A DNA stretch of 39,977 nt from Thermoanaerobaculia bacterium (GTDB lineage: Bacteria; Acidobacteriota; Thermoanaerobaculia; Multivoradales; JAIOJS01), in contig DATKEH010000131.1 in assembly GCA_035546355.1 (NCBI GenBank), forward strand, positions 1 through 39,977, given 5' to 3'. How positions within the stretch are numbered: the first letter of the stretch is position 1; each line of letters opens with the position of its first letter. The notes under the pieces are model-generated. The model worked only from the letters and a program-made list of their open reading frames with translations. It had not been told where the DNA came from and did no database searches. Shown here piece by piece: positions 10,767-18,683 of the stretch. Both the position numbers and the translations under genes were made by a program.

Positions 10767-12137
10767 TCAGACGCTTTCCGGCGAGATGTCGAGGCGCTTC
10801 ATCATCTCGTGCAGGGTGGTGGGCTTGAGCTCGAGCAACTCGGCGGCACGCTTCTGCACGCCGCCGGAGGCCTCCAGCGCCCGCAGGATGAGACGCCTCT
10901 CGTAACTGCGCACCGCGTCGCGGAAGGGGAGCCCGTTGGCGGGCAGCTCGGTGGAAGGGGAGCGCTCGCTGGGCCGCCGCACCTGCGGCGGCAGCAGCTC
11001 CGGTCCGAGCACGGAACCGGTGGACAGCACCACGGCTCGCTCCACCACGTTCTCGAGCTCGCGGACGTTCCCCGGCCAGTGGTACTCGATCAGCCGCTGC
11101 ATGGCGTCGGGCGAGATCTCGCGCAGCGGCTTGTCGTTCTCCTCCGCGTAGCGCTTGAGGAAGTGGTGGGTGAGCAGCGGCACGTCCTCGCTGCGGTCGC
11201 GCAGCGGCGGCAGGGCGATGGTGATGACATTGAGACGATAGTAGAGGTCCTCGCGGAAGCCGCCGGTGCGCACCTCGTCCTCGAGGTCGGCGTTGGTGGC
11301 GGCGATGATCCGCACGTCGGCCTTCTGCGTCTCGATGCCGCCGAGGCGCATGAACTCCTTCTCCTGCATGACGCGCAGCAGCTTGGACTGGGTGTCGATG
11401 GGGACGTTGCCGATCTCGTCGAAGAAGATCGAGCCGCCGTCGGCCAGCTCGAACAGCCCCTTCTTGCTGGCCACCGCCCCGGTGAACGCCCCCTTCACGT
11501 GCCCGAAGAGGTTGCTCTCCAGCAGGTCGGGCGGCATCGACCCGGAGTTGACGGTGACGAAGGGGCCGTCGGCGCGCCGCGAGTGGTGGTGGATCGCCTT
11601 GGCGACGAGCTCCTTGCCGGTGCCGCTCTCGCCGCGGATCAGGATGTTGCTCTTCGACGGGGCGGCGAGCTGGATCAGCTCGAACACCTGTTGCATCGGC
11701 TTGCTGCGGCCGATCAGCTTGTCGAAGCCGAAGCGCTCGCGCAGCTGCGCCTTGAGCGCCCGGTTCTCCGCAGTCAGCCGGCGGCGCTCGAGGCCCTTGC
11801 GCAGCGTGTGCAGGACCTCCTCGTTCTTGAACGGCTTGGGGATGTAGTGGAAGGCCCCCTGGCGCATCGCCTCGATCGCCCCCTCGATCGAGGAGTAGGC
11901 GGTGATCACCACCACCACCTGGTCGGGGTCGGTCTGGCGGATGCGGGCCAGGACCTCCATCCCCGACATTCCCGGCAGCATCAGGTCGAGCAGGACCAGG
12001 TCGATCTCCTCGCGCTCCAGACAGGCGACGGCCTCCTCGCCGCTGCGGGCGGCGAGGGCATGGTGCCCCTCGCGGCGGATCAAGGTCGTCAGGATGTCCT
12101 GGAGGACCTCTTCGTCGTCGACGACGAGGACGTTCAT
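10767..12137 (-). CDS. Sigma-54-dependent response regulator (NtrC family: REC + AAA+ + Fis-type HTH)
   Basis: 456 aa. REC domain (VLVVDDE...[14 protein letters not shown]), Walker [15 protein letters not shown] motif ([10 protein letters not shown]) and a C-terminal HTH ([20 protein letters not shown]). Its ATG overlaps the kinase stop (ATGA at 12137..12134). Confidence 0.93.
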   Translation of the reverse strand: MNVLVVDDEEVLQDILTTLIRREGHHALAARSGEEAVACLEREEIDLVLLDLMLPGMSGMEVLARIRQTDPDQVVVVITAYSSIEGAIEAMRQGAFHYIPKPFKNEEVLHTLRKGLERRRLTAENRALKAQLRERFGFDKLIGRSKPMQQVFELIQLAAPSKSNILIRGESGTGKELVAKAIHHHSRRADGPFVTVNSGSMPPDLLESNLFGHVKGAFTGAVASKKGLFELADGGSIFFDEIGNVPIDTQSKLLRVMQEKEFMRLGGIETQKADVRIIAATNADLEDEVRTGGFREDLYYRLNVITIALPPLRDRSEDVPLLTHHFLKRYAEENDKPLREISPDAMQRLIEYHWPGNVRELENVVERAVVLSTGSVLGPELLPPQVRRPSERSPSTELPANGLPFRDAVRSYERRLILRALEASGGVQKRAAELLELKPTTLHEMMKRLDISPESV

Positions 12138-14902
12138 GGCGCTCCCCCCCCGTCGGCGGGGAGGAGCGGCAGCTCGACCAGGAAGCGGCTGCCCGTTCCG
12201 GGCTCACTCTCCACGCGGAGGGTGCCGCCGTGGCGCTGCACGATCTCGAAGCTGATCGACAGCCCGAGGCCGGTGCCGCCGGCGGCGAGCTTGGTCGAGT
12301 AGAAGGGCTGGAAGACGCGCTCGAGCTCGGCGGCGGGAATGCCGCCGCCGGTGTCCTCGACCCCCGCCCGCGCGACACCGTCTGCGGCCGTCAGCGACAG
12401 GGTCAGGGTGCCGCCCGCTCTCATCGCGTCGAGCGCGTTGCCGATCAAGTTGGCGAAGACCTGCGTCAGCTCGGGATGGCTGCCGCGTACCCACACCGGA
12501 TCGGCTGGCGGTTGCCAGCGCACCTCGACGGTGCCGCGCGACAGCCGGTCGTCGAGGGCCTCGAGGGTGTCGTCGAGCACCGGCGCCAGTTGCACCGGCT
12601 GATACTCCTGCCGCCGGTTGCGGGCGAGCTCGAGCAGGTTGTTGACGATGCCGGCGGCGCGGAAGGTCTGCCGCTCGACCTTCTTGAGCAGCTGGTGGCG
12701 GGGGTCGTCGGGAGGCGTATCGGCCAGCAGCATCTGCGCGTAGCTGGAGATGCCGGTGATGGGTGTGTTCACCTCGTGGGCGACGCCGGCGGCGAGCATC
12801 CCGAGGGCCGCCATCCGCTCCTGCTCCTTGAGCGAGTTCTGCATCTCCACCCGTTCGCTGACGTCGTGGACGACGAGCACCTTGAGCTCGCCCGCGCCGT
12901 GGGTGTAGCCGGCGGTGGAGAGCTGCAGGTACCGCTCGCGCCCGTCGCGGTCGCAGTAGCTCGTCTCGAGCAGCCCGTCGCCGGGCCCGGGGAGCGGACG
13001 TACCGGCAGGAGCTCGGCCAGCAGCTCACCCTCGACGCTCTCGGAGGGCGCCCCGACCAGGGCGCAGAAGGCGCGGTTGGCCGACACCACCCGTTCCTCC
13101 CCGTCGAGCAGCGCGATGCCGGCCGGCGAGGACTCGAGGATCTGTTCGGTGCTGTGCTTGAGGCGCGTGACCTCGTCCAGCCGTTCGCGCAGCTCCTCCA
13201 TCAGCCGTGCGTTCTCCAGTGCCAGGGCAGTCTGGTCGAGCAGCGAACGTACCAGGTCGAGCTCCTCGCTGTTGAGCGGCTCTCCGGCCTCACGCAACCC
13301 GGTCAGCAGCACGCCGACTCGCCGGCCGCGGACGGTGAGGGGGAAGGCGTAGCGATACCCCTTCCGCACCAGCCGTTCCACGGCGTCGGCGCCCGTGGCG
13401 AGTAGCGGCTGGGGCGCCAGCCGCCAGACCGGCGCCGCCCATACCGCCTGGTCGAGCGCCTCCAGGGGCACCGCCTCGTCGCGTCCGGGCAGCAGGGGGA
13501 CGAGGCGATTGCCCGCCACCAGCAGCAGCGTGACCTCGCCCAGCTCGAGGCTGTCGCGGAGACACCCGACGAGGCGCGCGGCCAGCCGGCTGGGGTCGCG
13601 CTCCTCCAGCAGCTCGCGGCCGAGCTCCCCGAGCGCTCGCCGGCGGCCCAGGGTGCCGCCGTACTGGAAGCGCTCGAGCAGGGAGCGCACGCCGCGATGG
13701 GTGGGGACCAGAACGCCGGCGATGGCGATACCGGAGAGGAAGGTCAGGAAGCTCTTGGCCAGGCGTTCGTCGTCGGGCAGCCCGCGGGCGATGGCCAGGT
13801 TGAGCAGCGAGAACGACAGCACGCCGATCAGCAGCGTCACCGTGGTGGCCAGGGTGTTGCGCAGGATCACCTCGAGATCCCACAGCCGGTAGCGCAGGAT
13901 GGCCCAGGAGAAGGTCAGCGGCACCAGGGCGAGGGGCAGCACCGCCGCCGCCGTGGCCCACTCCGGCAGCCGCCACGCCAGCATCCAGGGGACGACGTAG
14001 AACAGACAGAACGGCAGGTAGCCGGCGGCGAGGCCGACCGTCACCCACTGCAGCTGACGGCGGCCTTCCCATTCACCGTGCCGCAACAGGCGACCGGCGA
14101 GCAACGCCAGGGCGAGCAGGGAGTAGAGCGCCAGGTGCAGGAGCGCCAGCCGGTCGAGTGCGGCGACGGCGCCCGCCGAGACGCCGCCGAAGATCCAGCG
14201 ACCGTCGTTGACGATCAGGTCGGCCTGGAGCACCCCGAGAACGGCTGCCGGCAGGTAGAGGAAGGGCAGCAGCCGCCTCAGCGCCGGGCGACCCGCCAGC
14301 AGCGGGCGGGGAAACGCCAGGAACAGGTGCAGCGTCAGCGGCGGCAGCAGGACGCGGGCGAGCTCTTCGACGCCGAAGATGCCGCGGGCGAGCGCGCTGC
14401 CGCCGGAGCCGGGGACCCAGGTCAGCAGGTATACGGCGGCCGAGGCGAGACACCAGAGGAAGAAGAGCCCCGACGGGCGGTGGCGGCCGTGCAGCAGCAC
14501 GTAGAGGCCGATGGCGAGGTACAGCGCGCCGGCCGCGGCCAGGGCGAGGTAGGGCAGATCGACGTCGAGCGCCGGCCGTCGATAGGTGACCACCACCGCT
14601 TCCGGCTCGCGCAGCACGGTCAGCGCGGTCTCTGGCTGGGAGCGCAGGCGCTGCCGCAATTCGGTCAGCGATGCCGGGCTCTCGCCACCGACGAGCACCA
14701 CCCGGTCGCCGGGGCGGAGCCCGGTGGCCGGCGTGGCGACCGCCTCGACCGTCCACGCCCCCCCCGCCGGCAGCAGGGTGACGCCGAGGGGCTGGAAGCT
14801 CTCGATCTTGTGGAAGAGAGAGACCGCGCCGAGGATCGCCACCGCCAACGCCGCCACCGTGGCACCGAGCCAACGGAGGTGTAACGAAGTGCGGCGTTCC
14901 AT
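12134..14902 (-). CDS. Sensor histidine kinase: N-terminal PDZ-like domain, polytopic membrane region, GAF/PAS-like modules, HisKA + HATPase_c, 922 aa
   Basis: Frame of ORF 12134..15112, trimmed to ATG 14902..14900 (MERRTSLHLRWLGATVAALAVAIL). PDZ-like segment GLRPGDRVVLVGGESPASLTELRQRL. About 7-8 hydrophobic helices. H-box AHEVNTPITGISSYAQML. G-boxes DTGGGIP and GGTGLGLSI. Confidence 0.88.
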   Translation of the reverse strand: MERRTSLHLRWLGATVAALAVAILGAVSLFHKIESFQPLGVTLLPAGGAWTVEAVATPATGLRPGDRVVLVGGESPASLTELRQRLRSQPETALTVLREPEAVVVTYRRPALDVDLPYLALAAAGALYLAIGLYVLLHGRHRPSGLFFLWCLASAAVYLLTWVPGSGGSALARGIFGVEELARVLLPPLTLHLFLAFPRPLLAGRPALRRLLPFLYLPAAVLGVLQADLIVNDGRWIFGGVSAGAVAALDRLALLHLALYSLLALALLAGRLLRHGEWEGRRQLQWVTVGLAAGYLPFCLFYVVPWMLAWRLPEWATAAAVLPLALVPLTFSWAILRYRLWDLEVILRNTLATTVTLLIGVLSFSLLNLAIARGLPDDERLAKSFLTFLSGIAIAGVLVPTHRGVRSLLERFQYGGTLGRRRALGELGRELLEERDPSRLAARLVGCLRDSLELGEVTLLLVAGNRLVPLLPGRDEAVPLEALDQAVWAAPVWRLAPQPLLATGADAVERLVRKGYRYAFPLTVRGRRVGVLLTGLREAGEPLNSEELDLVRSLLDQTALALENARLMEELRERLDEVTRLKHSTEQILESSPAGIALLDGEERVVSANRAFCALVGAPSESVEGELLAELLPVRPLPGPGDGLLETSYCDRDGRERYLQLSTAGYTHGAGELKVLVVHDVSERVEMQNSLKEQERMAALGMLAAGVAHEVNTPITGISSYAQMLLADTPPDDPRHQLLKKVERQTFRAAGIVNNLLELARNRRQEYQPVQLAPVLDDTLEALDDRLSRGTVEVRWQPPADPVWVRGSHPELTQVFANLIGNALDAMRAGGTLTLSLTAADGVARAGVEDTGGGIPAAELERVFQPFYSTKLAAGGTGLGLSISFEIVQRHGGTLRVESEPGTGSRFLVELPLLPADGGGAP

Positions 14903-14929
14903 GCGCGGGGAAGCTCCACGCCCGCGTGG

Positions 14930-14945
14930 AGCAGGAAGCATGCCA
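14930..14945 (-). promoter_or_regulatory. Sigma-54 (-24/-12) type promoter for the kinase/regulator operon
   Basis: The minus strand reads TGGCAT-GCTTC-CTGCT, against the consensus TGGCAC-N5-TTGCW. The GG and GC are correctly spaced. The motif ends 27 nt upstream of ATG 14902. Confidence 0.55.
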
Positions 14946-15188
14946 CGATCCGACGAGTTGAATGGCCCTCGAAGGGGGACGGCGGCGGAACGAAAGTCTA
15001 GGTACATCAAGGGTTTCTCTGCCCTCGTCCGGCATGCTGAACGCTGCCGGAGTAGCCGCCGGTGGCGCCGGCGATCCAAGAGAATGGATTGTAGCCGGAA
15101 TATTGGATTCAAGCCGCCGGGGCGGCTCGCGGGGGAAGCGACGAGCGCCTCGAGCCCAAGGCTGTGCCGCCGGGGAGGACGGAGCCGC

Positions 15189-17069
15189 CTAGAACTTCAC
15201 CGACAGGCCGCCGGTGACCCGGCGGCGGATCTCGTCGGCCTCGGCATCGCCGAGGCTGAACGGCAGGTCACCGCGCGACAGCTCGAGGTTGACGTGCACC
15301 GCCCAGTCGGCGGCCAGGCGAGCCAGCACGTTGAGGTCCTGCGACAGCATCAGCTGCAGGCGCTCGAGCTCCATCGCGGAGGCCTCGTCGTCGACCGCCG
15401 GGGCCAGCGGGTCGAGGTCCTGGGACAAGTGGTGGAAGGCCAGGAACACGCCGGTGGAGGTGACCTGGAAGCGCGTGTCGAGAGAGGTGACGAGGTAGCG
15501 GACCCGGTTCTGGTAGGCGCTGGCGTCCGTGGCGTAGAGGACGCCGCCGCCCCCCTCGCCGAAATTGGACTCCAGCCGTGCCAGCACCCGCGGCGTCAGG
15601 CGCCGCGAGAGCACCAGCTGCAGCTCCGGGATCTCGTCCCCCTGCACCAGGTACAGGCTCTCCATGCGGCTGAAGATGTCGTCGTTGAAATACAGCTGCA
15701 GGGTGTCGGCCACCTGGCGATGGATGGCGGTGACCGACACCAGCTCGCCGGGGTCGTCGCCCTGGCGGGCGAAGACCAGCCGATAGCAGTGCTGGTCGAG
15801 CTCCTGGCAGCCGCCGGCGGCCTGGTTGAAGAGCACCGGCGCGAAGGCGCCGAGGGTCTCCTTGGGGTCGCCGGCCAACCGGCGGCTGACCGTGCCCACC
15901 GCCTGCCAGCGGGAGTCGAGCTGGACCACCACGGTCCCCTGCGGGGCGAGAGCCAGGGATCCGTCCTGCATCTGCGTGAAGACGCCGTACTCGACCAGCA
16001 CGCTCGGCTGCACCCGGTGGCCGCCCTTGGCGAACAGCTCGAGCGCCCGTTCGGGGACCGGCTCGCCGTACGCCGGGAAGGCCCCCGCGCGCTCGCGATA
16101 GCGGATGCCGGTCTCCAGGGCGGCGTGATCGGAGAGCTCGACCTGGTAAGTGCCCTCGAGGTTGAAGGCACGGGAGGTCAGCGGCACCTCGCGAGGAACT
16201 CTCGGCCCCTCGCGATAGAAGTTGTTCTGCTCGGTGTACTGGGCGAGGAAGCGGGAATGGCTGCGCTCGCCCATCGGCTGTGACCACTCCAGCCGATAGC
16301 GCTCGAAGTCGCTCTCTCCGGCGCTGAAGGCGGCGTCCACGGAGCCGGCGCGGCGGCTCACCGTCGTCACCTGGAGGTGCCCTTCGCCGACGCCCAGCAT
16401 GCGTACGGCCAGGGCCGCCGCCTCGCTCTCCCGCGTCACCGCGAGGAGGGGGTCGGCATGTCCCGAAAGCTGCCAGAACTCGCCGTTGATGTCGAGGGCA
16501 ACCGGGCCGATGCGCCCTTCCATGCCGACGCCGGCACTGGCGATGTGGGCCTGGCCGGAGCCACCCTGGTCGACGCCGGTCGCGGCCTGCACCGCGCCGG
16601 TGAAGGCGCGCGCCTGTGCCGCCGGCGTAGCGCCGAGCTCGAGGAGCTCGGCGTTGTGGATGTCGTGGAGGACGTCTGGCGGCACCGCGTCGCGGACGCT
16701 CCAGTAGCTCTCGCCCTGGCGTGTGCCACCGACCGTCTCGGGCTGGAGGCGGAGCTCGACGAACTGCCGCGCGTCATCGGCGGCCCGGCTGAGAGCCGCC
16801 ACCGCCGGCGCGAAACCGGGCTTGTAGGCGATCAGCTTGTAGACGCCGGCCGGCAGGTCGGCGAAGTGGAACCGGCCGTCCGCGTCGGTGGAGACCTTGA
16901 TCATGCTCAGGCGCGCCAGCTCGTAGGCGTAGACGGTGGCGCGGCCGAGAGGCGCCGCGTCCACCGTCACCTTGCCGCGCAGCACCCCCGCCGATTCGCT
17001 GTCGTCGGCCGCCGCGGGTACTGCTGCGATCAGCGCCAGGGCGGCTATGGAGGTCCATCGTCTGAGCAT
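15189..17069 (-). CDS. Outer-membrane beta-barrel protein with an N-terminal carboxypeptidase-regulatory-like (CarboxypepD_reg) domain
   Basis: Frame of ORF 15189..17084. ATG 17069..17067 gives MLRRWTSIAALALIAAVPAAA (signal peptide). CarboxypepD_reg-like segment: LRGKVTVDAAPLGRATVYAY...TDADGRFHFADLPAGVYKLIAYKPGF. The C-terminus GGLSVKF ends in an aromatic residue, typical of OM barrels. Confidence 0.7.
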   Translation of the reverse strand: MLRRWTSIAALALIAAVPAAADDSESAGVLRGKVTVDAAPLGRATVYAYELARLSMIKVSTDADGRFHFADLPAGVYKLIAYKPGFAPAVAALSRAADDARQFVELRLQPETVGGTRQGESYWSVRDAVPPDVLHDIHNAELLELGATPAAQARAFTGAVQAATGVDQGGSGQAHIASAGVGMEGRIGPVALDINGEFWQLSGHADPLLAVTRESEAAALAVRMLGVGEGHLQVTTVSRRAGSVDAAFSAGESDFERYRLEWSQPMGERSHSRFLAQYTEQNNFYREGPRVPREVPLTSRAFNLEGTYQVELSDHAALETGIRYRERAGAFPAYGEPVPERALELFAKGGHRVQPSVLVEYGVFTQMQDGSLALAPQGTVVVQLDSRWQAVGTVSRRLAGDPKETLGAFAPVLFNQAAGGCQELDQHCYRLVFARQGDDPGELVSVTAIHRQVADTLQLYFNDDIFSRMESLYLVQGDEIPELQLVLSRRLTPRVLARLESNFGEGGGGVLYATDASAYQNRVRYLVTSLDTRFQVTSTGVFLAFHHLSQDLDPLAPAVDDEASAMELERLQLMLSQDLNVLARLAADWAVHVNLELSRGDLPFSLGDAEADEIRRRVTGGLSVKF

Positions 17070-17093
17070 GCGGAAATGCTCCAACGTAGCCGA

Positions 17094-17123
17094 ATCCTAC
17101 TGCCCCCGACAAGCCGGTGTCAA
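17094..17123 (-). promoter_or_regulatory. Sigma-70-like promoter candidate for the OM barrel gene
   Basis: The minus strand reads TTGACA (17123..17118), an 18-nt spacer, then TAGGAT (17099..17094). It sits about 25 nt upstream of ATG 17069. Confidence 0.4.
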
Positions 17124-17186
17124 CCGAAGACTACCCCAAAGGGGGGGGGACTGGGCGTGAGACGGGTCGCTTCCCGGCCCCGGGCT

Positions 17187-17942
17187 TCAAACGGGTCGTT
17201 CGCCGTCGAGGGGGGTACGGGCGACGACGGCGACGGCGACGCTGCCGCCGCCCGCAGCGAGCAGGGCGGAGGTGGCGGCCGCCAGCGTGCCGCCGGTGGT
17301 CATCACGTCGTCGACCAGCAGCAGCCGGGAGCCGGCCGGTAGGCTCGGCGCGTGGAAGGCCCCCTGCTGGTGGAGCAGCCGGTCGCGACGCCCGAGCCCC
17401 TTCTGCGGCCGTCGCAGGGAGCGGCGCAGCAGCCGCCGGCAAGGGACGTCGAGGGCTACCGCCGTCGCCGCGGCGATGGCGGCCGCCTGGTTGTAGCCGC
17501 GGCCGAGCAGGCGCCTCCAGTGCAGCGGTACCGGCACCACGCTGGTGAACCGCCCCGCCATGGCCGCGCCGAAGCGGCGCGTGAGCTCGGTTCCGAGCTC
17601 GTCCCCCAGGAACTCTCCGCGCCCGCCCTTGAGCGCCGCCACCACCTGCCGGAGCGGCCCCTCGTACGGGTACAGCCACCACAGCTCGTCCCATGGCGGG
17701 GGCTGGCGCAGGCAGGCGCCGCACAGCCTGTCGGCGTTGCCCCAGGGGCGCGGCAGGAGGCGGCCGCAGCCGCGACACCAGGGGGGCCTGGCGGGCGCCA
17801 GGGAGGCGTGGCAGGCGGCGCATAGTCCGAGTCGCCGCCTCCCCCCGCCGCCCGCCCCGCAACCGAGACAGGGGTAGGGGAAGAGCGCTTCCACTACCGC
17901 CTCGAGAGGGGAGGTGGGCCAGACGGTGCGGGCGCGCGGCAC
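17187..17942 (-). CDS. comF: ComF family protein (phosphoribosyltransferase-like, N-terminal Cys4 zinc-finger-like motif)
   Basis: C-terminal 251 codons of ORF 17187..18671. Proposed GTG start at 17942..17940. Cys motifs CLGCG...CAAC...CRGCG...CGAC, a PRTase motif LLLVDDVMTTGGT, and GRGYNQA. The start is uncertain. Confidence 0.75.
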   Translation of the reverse strand: MPRARTVWPTSPLEAVVEALFPYPCLGCGAGGGGRRRLGLCAACHASLAPARPPWCRGCGRLLPRPWGNADRLCGACLRQPPPWDELWWLYPYEGPLRQVVAALKGGRGEFLGDELGTELTRRFGAAMAGRFTSVVPVPLHWRRLLGRGYNQAAAIAAATAVALDVPCRRLLRRSLRRPQKGLGRRDRLLHQQGAFHAPSLPAGSRLLLVDDVMTTGGTLAAATSALLAAGGGSVAVAVVARTPLDGERPV

Positions 17943-18140
17943 GTAGACCTCGACGGGGCCGGGCTGCGGCGCCGCGGGCTTCCCCCGCGGCGGGTCGGCG
18001 AGCCGGGCTCCCGCAGGATTGGACGGAATCGGCGACGATATACTCACGACCCGCCCCGGGTTTCGCTCGCCGGTCCCCCGCGCGGGTGCCGGGGGGGCGG
18101 TCGACTGCCGACCGGCGGACCGGATGCCGAGGAGGGGAAC

Positions 18141-18677
18141 GTGAGACAGACGACAGCGCGCGTGGTGGTCGTGGCGGCGGTCCTGGCGGTGGTGTCCGGC
18201 GGCCCGGCGAAGGCCGCCGAGCCCTACACCTTCACCGTCTCCCTGCTCGGCGGGCTGGGAGGCTCGCTCGAGAGCGAAGCCGATACCGGCCTCGCCAATA
18301 GCGGCTGGCAGCTCGGCCTGGGGATGGTCACCGAGGCGCGCACCCACCTCGTGCTGCGCCTGGGTGCCGTCGACTTCGACGAGGGGCGGGTCGACGGCCT
18401 CGCCGACGCCGAGCTCAGCTACGCCACCGTCGGCGGCGAGTACCGGGCCCTGCGCTCCTGGTACGACTCGGGGATCTTCCTGGGCCTCGGGGCCTACGAC
18501 CTGGACGGCGTGGGGGGCGGAGGAGACACCGCCATCGGCATCACCCTGGGCGCTACCGGCGATTTCCAGATCCGCGGCCCCTGGAGCCTGGTGGTCGAGC
18601 TCTCCGGCCACTGGGTCGATTTCGACGAGACGCAGCTGTTCGGCTTCGGCCACGTCGGCGTGGCGCTGCACTTCTGA
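18141..18677 (+). CDS. Small outer-membrane beta-barrel protein (OmpW/OmpA-barrel-like), 178 aa
   Basis: GTG at 18141 preceded by GGAGGGG. Signal peptide VVVVAAVLAVVSGGPAKAAEP, alternating beta-strand pattern and terminal VALHF. Confidence 0.6.
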   Translation: MRQTTARVVVVAAVLAVVSGGPAKAAEPYTFTVSLLGGLGGSLESEADTGLANSGWQLGLGMVTEARTHLVLRLGAVDFDEGRVDGLADAELSYATVGGEYRALRSWYDSGIFLGLGAYDLDGVGGGGDTAIGITLGATGDFQIRGPWSLVVELSGHWVDFDETQLFGFGHVGVALHF

Positions 18678-18683
18678 AGAGGC

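Noticed and set aside
15059-15071. The 13-mer CCGGTGGCGCCGG recurs at 35064..35076 upstream of the ABC-2 permease
   Set aside because: At this base composition my back-of-envelope estimate is hundreds of chance 13-mer recurrences in a 40-kb window. This is not evidence for a shared operator.
14903-15112. Upstream extension of the kinase ORF to 15112. Similar extensions occur in ORFs 21207..22805, 23903..25384, 28240..30318, 29424..31376 and 25991..27070.
   Set aside because: Stop codons are rare in this GC-rich DNA, so the longest-ORF calls over-extend. The extensions are Arg/Pro-rich, overlap upstream genes or promoter signals, and precede obvious native N-termini (signal peptides, conserved N-terminal motifs, SD sequences).
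17943-18671. N-terminal 243 codons of the 494-aa ORF 17187..18671
   Set aside because: This part is antisense to a convincing signal-peptide OM barrel gene (18141..18677) and has no ComF similarity. ComF homology begins near 17940.
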